64,000 nt of DNA, taken from IMG/VR virus record IMGVR_UViG_3300037502_002960, positions 19,360 to 83,359 of that record; one strand, written 5' to 3'. Within the stretch, counting starts at the first letter, position 1; each line of letters starts with the position of its first letter. This document shows positions 60,386-64,000 of this stretch, in pieces. Source of the DNA: a virus. Below the pieces are notes generated by a model that had not been told where the DNA came from, did not search any database, and saw only the letters and a list, made by a program, of their open reading frames with translations. Position numbers and translations under genes: made by a program.

Positions 60386-62126
60386 GATTCATTGGGTAGA
60401 ACGAAAAGCAAAAAAAGAAGTGTCAGATTTTGACAGCATTCAAGAAAAAATCTGTAAGATTAGGGGAATTGATGAGCCGAGTCGATTTTTCAGCCCAACA
60501 GAAAATGAACTCTTTGACCCAAATCTTTTAAAAAATGTGGATTTGGTAATTAAAAGAATTACAAAAGCTATCGAAAACAAAGATAAAGTTTGTATCAGTT
60601 TTGACTGTGATGTTGATGGTATTACAAGCGGTGTCATTACATATAGATATTTAAAAGAATATATTGGTGAAGAAAATTTATCATATATTTATAGTGAACG
60701 TGGTGACGGTCACGGAATTAATGAACAGATTGACTTAGACTTTGTTAAAAAGAAACATATTGATGAAGATGGAGAAATTATTGGGGAAGCAAGAAAAGAA
60801 AGATATGAATTAAATTCTGAAAATATTCAAAAAATTAAAGATTCAGACCTTTTAATTATTGTTGACTCCTCAACAAACGATGCAGACGGATGTAAGAAAA
60901 TTAAAGAAGAGTATAAAACAGATGTTTTAATCATTGACCACCACGAAGTAGAAAACGAAAATGAATATGCTGTTATCGTTAATCCTAAACAGAATGGTTG
61001 TAAATACCCTAACAAAGAATTATCTGGTGCAGGGGTTGTTTATAAGGTTTTAACAGTATTAGAAGAGTCGCTTGGTGAAGCAGGAAATGTTAATGTTGAA
61101 TACTTTTCAGATTTAGTGGCACTAGGTATGTATGCAGATGTCATGCCAGTAGACGTATACGAAAATAGATACCTAATCATGCATGGACTAAGAAATATTA
61201 AAAATGTTGGGGTAAAGCGTATTTTGAAAGGTGCTAAAGAAGATTTATTCAAATTAAACTCTGATTCAATTGGGTTTTCTATTGCACCTTTAATTAATGG
61301 TGTTGCAAGATTAAATCAGATTAAACTAGCGATTGATATTCTTTTAACAGATGATGACGATGTTGCAAAGAAAATTAGATTAAAAATGCACAAGCTAAAC
61401 GAGAAACGTAAGATTATGCAAAAAGAAATTATTGAACGATATGAAAGTATGTTAGATATTAATCATAAAATTATCTTAATCAGTGATGATGAGAGTAGTA
61501 AGGGATTTAATGGTCTTGTTGCTCAAAACTTAGCTAGTAAATACCAAAGACCAGTAATTGTTGGTCGTGACCATAGTGGTAATTTTAGTGGAAGCTTCAG
61601 AAGTATCAATAGTTTTAATTTAAAAGAGTTTTTGTCTAATTCTGGACTAACAGAAGAAGTTATGGGTCACAATCAAGCTGGTGGTTTCACTATTAAATCG
61701 GAAAAAATTGATGAACTAGTTGAATATATTGAAGAAAACATGCCAGACCTGTCAGAGACAGAACAATATTATACATACGATTTTGAATTATCTCCACAAG
61801 AAATTGATGATGATTTAATTAAAGTGATTGAATACGCAAACCTTGTCACTGGTAATAGATTTCCAAAGATTGTTGTTAGAGTTAATGACATTTTGATTGA
61901 ATCGGTAAACACAATTGGTAAAACCATGGAGACTAGAAAATTTAAAACACTAGGTAATCTTGAAATGATTAAGTTTAAAGTTAGTGAAAACTATGCAAGA
62001 GAAGTTAATGGTTTTGACTCTTTAGATGTCATTGGAGACTTATCTAATAACGAGTGGTACAATTTTAAGACAAAAGTAAAAACTATAACACCTCAGATTA
62101 AAATTTTAGACTATAAGAAACAATAA
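60378..62126 (+). CDS. recJ: RecJ-like DHH ssDNA exonuclease (YorK-like)
   Basis: DCDVDG, IVD, IDHH, LSGAGV, AD, APLING..R, GS.RS, GH.QAGG. Confidence 0.9.
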   Translation: MSKIHWVERKAKKEVSDFDSIQEKICKIRGIDEPSRFFSPTENELFDPNLLKNVDLVIKRITKAIENKDKVCISFDCDVDGITSGVITYRYLKEYIGEENLSYIYSERGDGHGINEQIDLDFVKKKHIDEDGEIIGEARKERYELNSENIQKIKDSDLLIIVDSSTNDADGCKKIKEEYKTDVLIIDHHEVENENEYAVIVNPKQNGCKYPNKELSGAGVVYKVLTVLEESLGEAGNVNVEYFSDLVALGMYADVMPVDVYENRYLIMHGLRNIKNVGVKRILKGAKEDLFKLNSDSIGFSIAPLINGVARLNQIKLAIDILLTDDDDVAKKIRLKMHKLNEKRKIMQKEIIERYESMLDINHKIILISDDESSKGFNGLVAQNLASKYQRPVIVGRDHSGNFSGSFRSINSFNLKEFLSNSGLTEEVMGHNQAGGFTIKSEKIDELVEYIEENMPDLSETEQYYTYDFELSPQEIDDDLIKVIEYANLVTGNRFPKIVVRVNDILIESVNTIGKTMETRKFKTLGNLEMIKFKVSENYAREVNGFDSLDVIGDLSNNEWYNFKTKVKTITPQIKILDYKKQ

Positions 62127-62480
62127 TCTAAAACAGACCTAATAAAAGTGAATTAGGTCTGTTTTTCTATTGACAAAAGATAATTATAATGATATAATAT
62201 AATTATAATGAAAAGGATGTGATAACGTGGTATCAAGATTAATAGGATACATTAAAAAAGCATGGTTATTCAGTACAAATAACATCTGATTTTAACAGTG
62301 GTGAATATGAAGTTGCGTGTATTCATTTTAAGGATAGAACGCTTGAAAAAATGAGAGGAGATAATTTAGAAAAATTATTAAAAGAGATGCTTAATTATAT
62401 CTTAAGGTTAAGAAGTTGGAAAGATTCTAGAAATTTATTTTAAAGAATAACAGGTCAGAACCGAGAGATAAATGATTTAA

Positions 62481-62524
62481 AAAATAGGGACAAAATAGGG
62501 ACAAAATAGGGACAGAAAGGGGAC
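62481..62524 (+). repeat. Four tandem 11-bp repeats AAAATAGGGAC
   Basis: Three exact copies plus one variant. Confidence 0.8.
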
Positions 62525-62748
62525 AAAACATGCCTCACGCATTAATGCCGACACTTATATATAGGGGTAATTATTACGAATTTTGGCGGAAAAGTCCGAG
62601 CGATTATGAGTTAGAGATGATGTGGGTTAAAAATCCGTATGCGAAAATTAGAATGGAACAAAAATACGTTTTTTACAGCAGAGAAAACGGTAATACACTG
62701 TTTTTGAGTTATGAAGAAATGGTAAAAACAATCTTGGGAGATGAATAA

Positions 62749-62928
62749 ATGTTCATAAAACTAACGCTAAGAAGTGGTAAAAGCATGTGGTTTAACGTAT
62801 TTTTAATGGAATCAATTACAGACGAAGATTTATACTCTAACGTTTTATTTAGAGGCAATGAAAATCCTATCGAAGTTAAAGAAACACCGAAAGAAATAGT
62901 TAAGGTGATTGAGGAGATGAAGAAATGA
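62749..62928 (+). CDS. FlbD-like small protein (59 aa, not in track)
   Basis: MFIKLT...WFN...ESI...VKETPKEI; ATGA overlap with next gene. Confidence 0.55.
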   Translation: MFIKLTLRSGKSMWFNVFLMESITDEDLYSNVLFRGNENPIEVKETPKEIVKVIEEMKK

Positions 62929-63404
62929 TTATAACCGATAAAAAAGCTATACGGTACGACTATAATAATGGTTGTCTGATAATCGATGATGAATATCTTG
63001 TTGAAGAAGATAGGTATTCTGTGTTAGATGTAAAAGAATCTTTAGGCATGAAAGCATTAGGCAGGATTTATTTTCATTCATATAGTAATCTTGATTACAC
63101 GACAGGAGAGCCAGTTGAAAAAGCAATTATTTCTGGTGGAGAACGAGGTGTTGAGGAAAGATATCTAAAGCCTGGAGTTAGAGTATACACCGAGGAACAG
63201 GTTAAAACAATTATTTTAAAAGGTTTATACGAAGATAATGAAGAATTAAATCCTAAATTGCCTAATGATGTTTGGGTATTATTAGAAGAATTGTCTAACA
63301 ACAAGGCTAAAAACAAATCAAAAAGAGCTAAAGATATTCTTGGGAAATATTCAAAAATAGACTTTAGAACGGGAGAGAAAAATAGTGAATCTAGAAGAGA
63401 TTAA
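62925..63404 (+). CDS. Hypothetical protein
   Basis: 159 aa, GAGGAG RBS. Confidence 0.55.
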   Translation: MIITDKKAIRYDYNNGCLIIDDEYLVEEDRYSVLDVKESLGMKALGRIYFHSYSNLDYTTGEPVEKAIISGGERGVEERYLKPGVRVYTEEQVKTIILKGLYEDNEELNPKLPNDVWVLLEELSNNKAKNKSKRAKDILGKYSKIDFRTGEKNSESRRD

Positions 63405-63621
63405 AGACAGATATATGGATTATGAGTATGACTTTAATTTGAAGAAAGAACATGTGAATTGGCTTATTAAACAGTCAGAAAAGATTGAGCAAATCAAAAA
63501 GATTGTAATCGAGTCTACAGACACAGATAATTTGTATTTTAATGACGATGGGTCAATTAAATATTTGGGCGATAGAGAAACTTTAAATGAGATTGAAAAA
63601 TTATTAGTACCTGTAAATTGA
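63385..63621 (+). CDS. Hypothetical protein
   Basis: 78 aa, coupled. Confidence 0.5.
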   Translation: MNLEEIKDRYMDYEYDFNLKKEHVNWLIKQSEKIEQIKKIVIESTDTDNLYFNDDGSIKYLGDRETLNEIEKLLVPVN

Positions 63622-63649
63622 GCAAGTTATAAAGAAAGGATTTGACAGA

Positions 63650-64000
63650 ATGAAGTTAATTTTCAAAGGAAAGGTCGAATTAGGTGATGACTGCAGAACT
63701 GGATACAACAACTTGTCAGATGGTGCTGTAATTATTGGAGATATTGATGTGATTAAAGAAATCTACGAGACTTTTAACAGTGACCAAAAGGTGACGGTAG
63801 GAATCGCTAGTAAAGACTTTGATGGTGAATTATTTGTACAGTGTGGCTGGGGCTATAGCGAATATACACCAATGGAACAAGATGAACTACGAGTTGGAGA
63901 ACATAACATTATAGATATATTATCTGATTACGAAAATGAAGAAGTTACTTTGTTTATATCTGATAGTCCAATAAATTTACTTGAGGAGATGACAGAATGA
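63650..64000 (+). CDS. Hypothetical protein
   Basis: 116 aa, AAAGGA RBS. Confidence 0.55.
   Translation: MKLIFKGKVELGDDCRTGYNNLSDGAVIIGDIDVIKEIYETFNSDQKVTVGIASKDFDGELFVQCGWGYSEYTPMEQDELRVGEHNIIDILSDYENEEVTLFISDSPINLLEEMTE

Overview
The whole window is DNA of a large, AT-rich SPbeta-related siphophage of a Bacillota (Bacillus-like) host; no host chromosomal genes are visible. 1-12.4 kb (minus strand) is the head/packaging module: head completion genes, major capsid, decoration protein, protease/scaffold, portal and terminase. 12.4-14.6 kb is a minus-strand RNA operon: a ROOL-like RNA, a second large structured RNA, an intron-containing tRNA-Arg(UCU), a tRNA(CAU) and two aberrant tRNA-like elements. 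14.6-28.8 kb holds PIN-PhoH, HU, a Rep-like gene with origin-like palindromes, a tyrosine recombinase, RecD2 and accessory genes. 28.8-35.5 kb is largely non-coding and repeat-rich, possibly a terminus, origin or partition region. 34-47 kb is a run of small early genes behind consensus sigma-A promoters plus an MrpR-like repressor. 47-64 kb is the replication module (SSB, intron-split Sak4-like ATPase, helicase, primase, RecJ). Highlights: (1) a complete phage mini CRISPR-Cas12f system (tracrRNA, 4 repeats/3 spacers, intact RuvC, no cas1/cas2) whose array looks borrowed from type II-A; (2) three ORF-less group I introns; (3) an in-frame UAG just before the terminase Walker A motif; (4) an unannotated 47-aa MazE-like antitoxin peptide. 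All family assignments come from motif recognition by eye; no database search was run.
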